A stretch of 64,000 bases of DNA from Callorhinchus milii. Its lineage: Eukaryota. Position 1 is the stretch's first letter. The number at the start of each line of letters is the position of its first letter. The notes beneath the pieces are model-generated. The model was not told where the DNA came from, did not search any database, and saw only the letters and a program-made list of their open reading frames with translations. This document shows, one piece after another, positions 63,903 through 64,000 of the stretch. The stretch spans positions 36,520,001 to 36,584,000 of the forward strand of contig NW_024704742.1 in NCBI RefSeq assembly GCF_018977255.1. Reading direction: 5' to 3'. The translations under genes were made by a program, and so were the position numbers.

Positions 63903-64000
63903 AGACATGATATAGTGCCTTATCATGTCATCGAGGCATCTTCATGGGTAAAGTGGATTGACTGTATTTTGCAAGAGCGAGTTTGCAAACAACCATGGAG

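Overview
Eukaryotic, repeat-rich vertebrate DNA, most likely a cartilaginous fish (possibly a chimaera), judged from its mix of L2/CR1 LINEs and tRNA-derived SINEs. The only supportable protein-coding feature is the first coding exon of WDFY3/ALFY on the minus strand (CDS 8734->8555, MNMVKRIMGRPRQEECSPQD...PVFNK, canonical splice sites, 31 nt of 5' UTR). Positions 1-8554 are the following intron. Positions 8766-64000 are probably 5'-UTR introns, since no CpG-island promoter is visible. Nearly all other long ORFs in the track are decayed L2/CR1 reverse-transcriptase fragments or chance ORFs. Best leads: (1) an AG|GTAAGT recursive-splice-like site in the WDFY3 intron; (2) an unclassified modular, fold-back element between 137-bp direct repeats, with a sibling 23 kb away; (3) an in-window series of SINE forms showing loss of a central domain and then adoption of the young L2 tail; (4) fold-back palindromes and 4-5 bp TSDs at L2-driven insertion junctions; (5) LF-SINE-like and AmnSINE2-like ancient SINE copies; (6) a possible internally deleted Mariner fossil. 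Repeat family names come from recalled consensus sequences, not database searches, and most repeat boundaries are approximate (about 10-30 nt).
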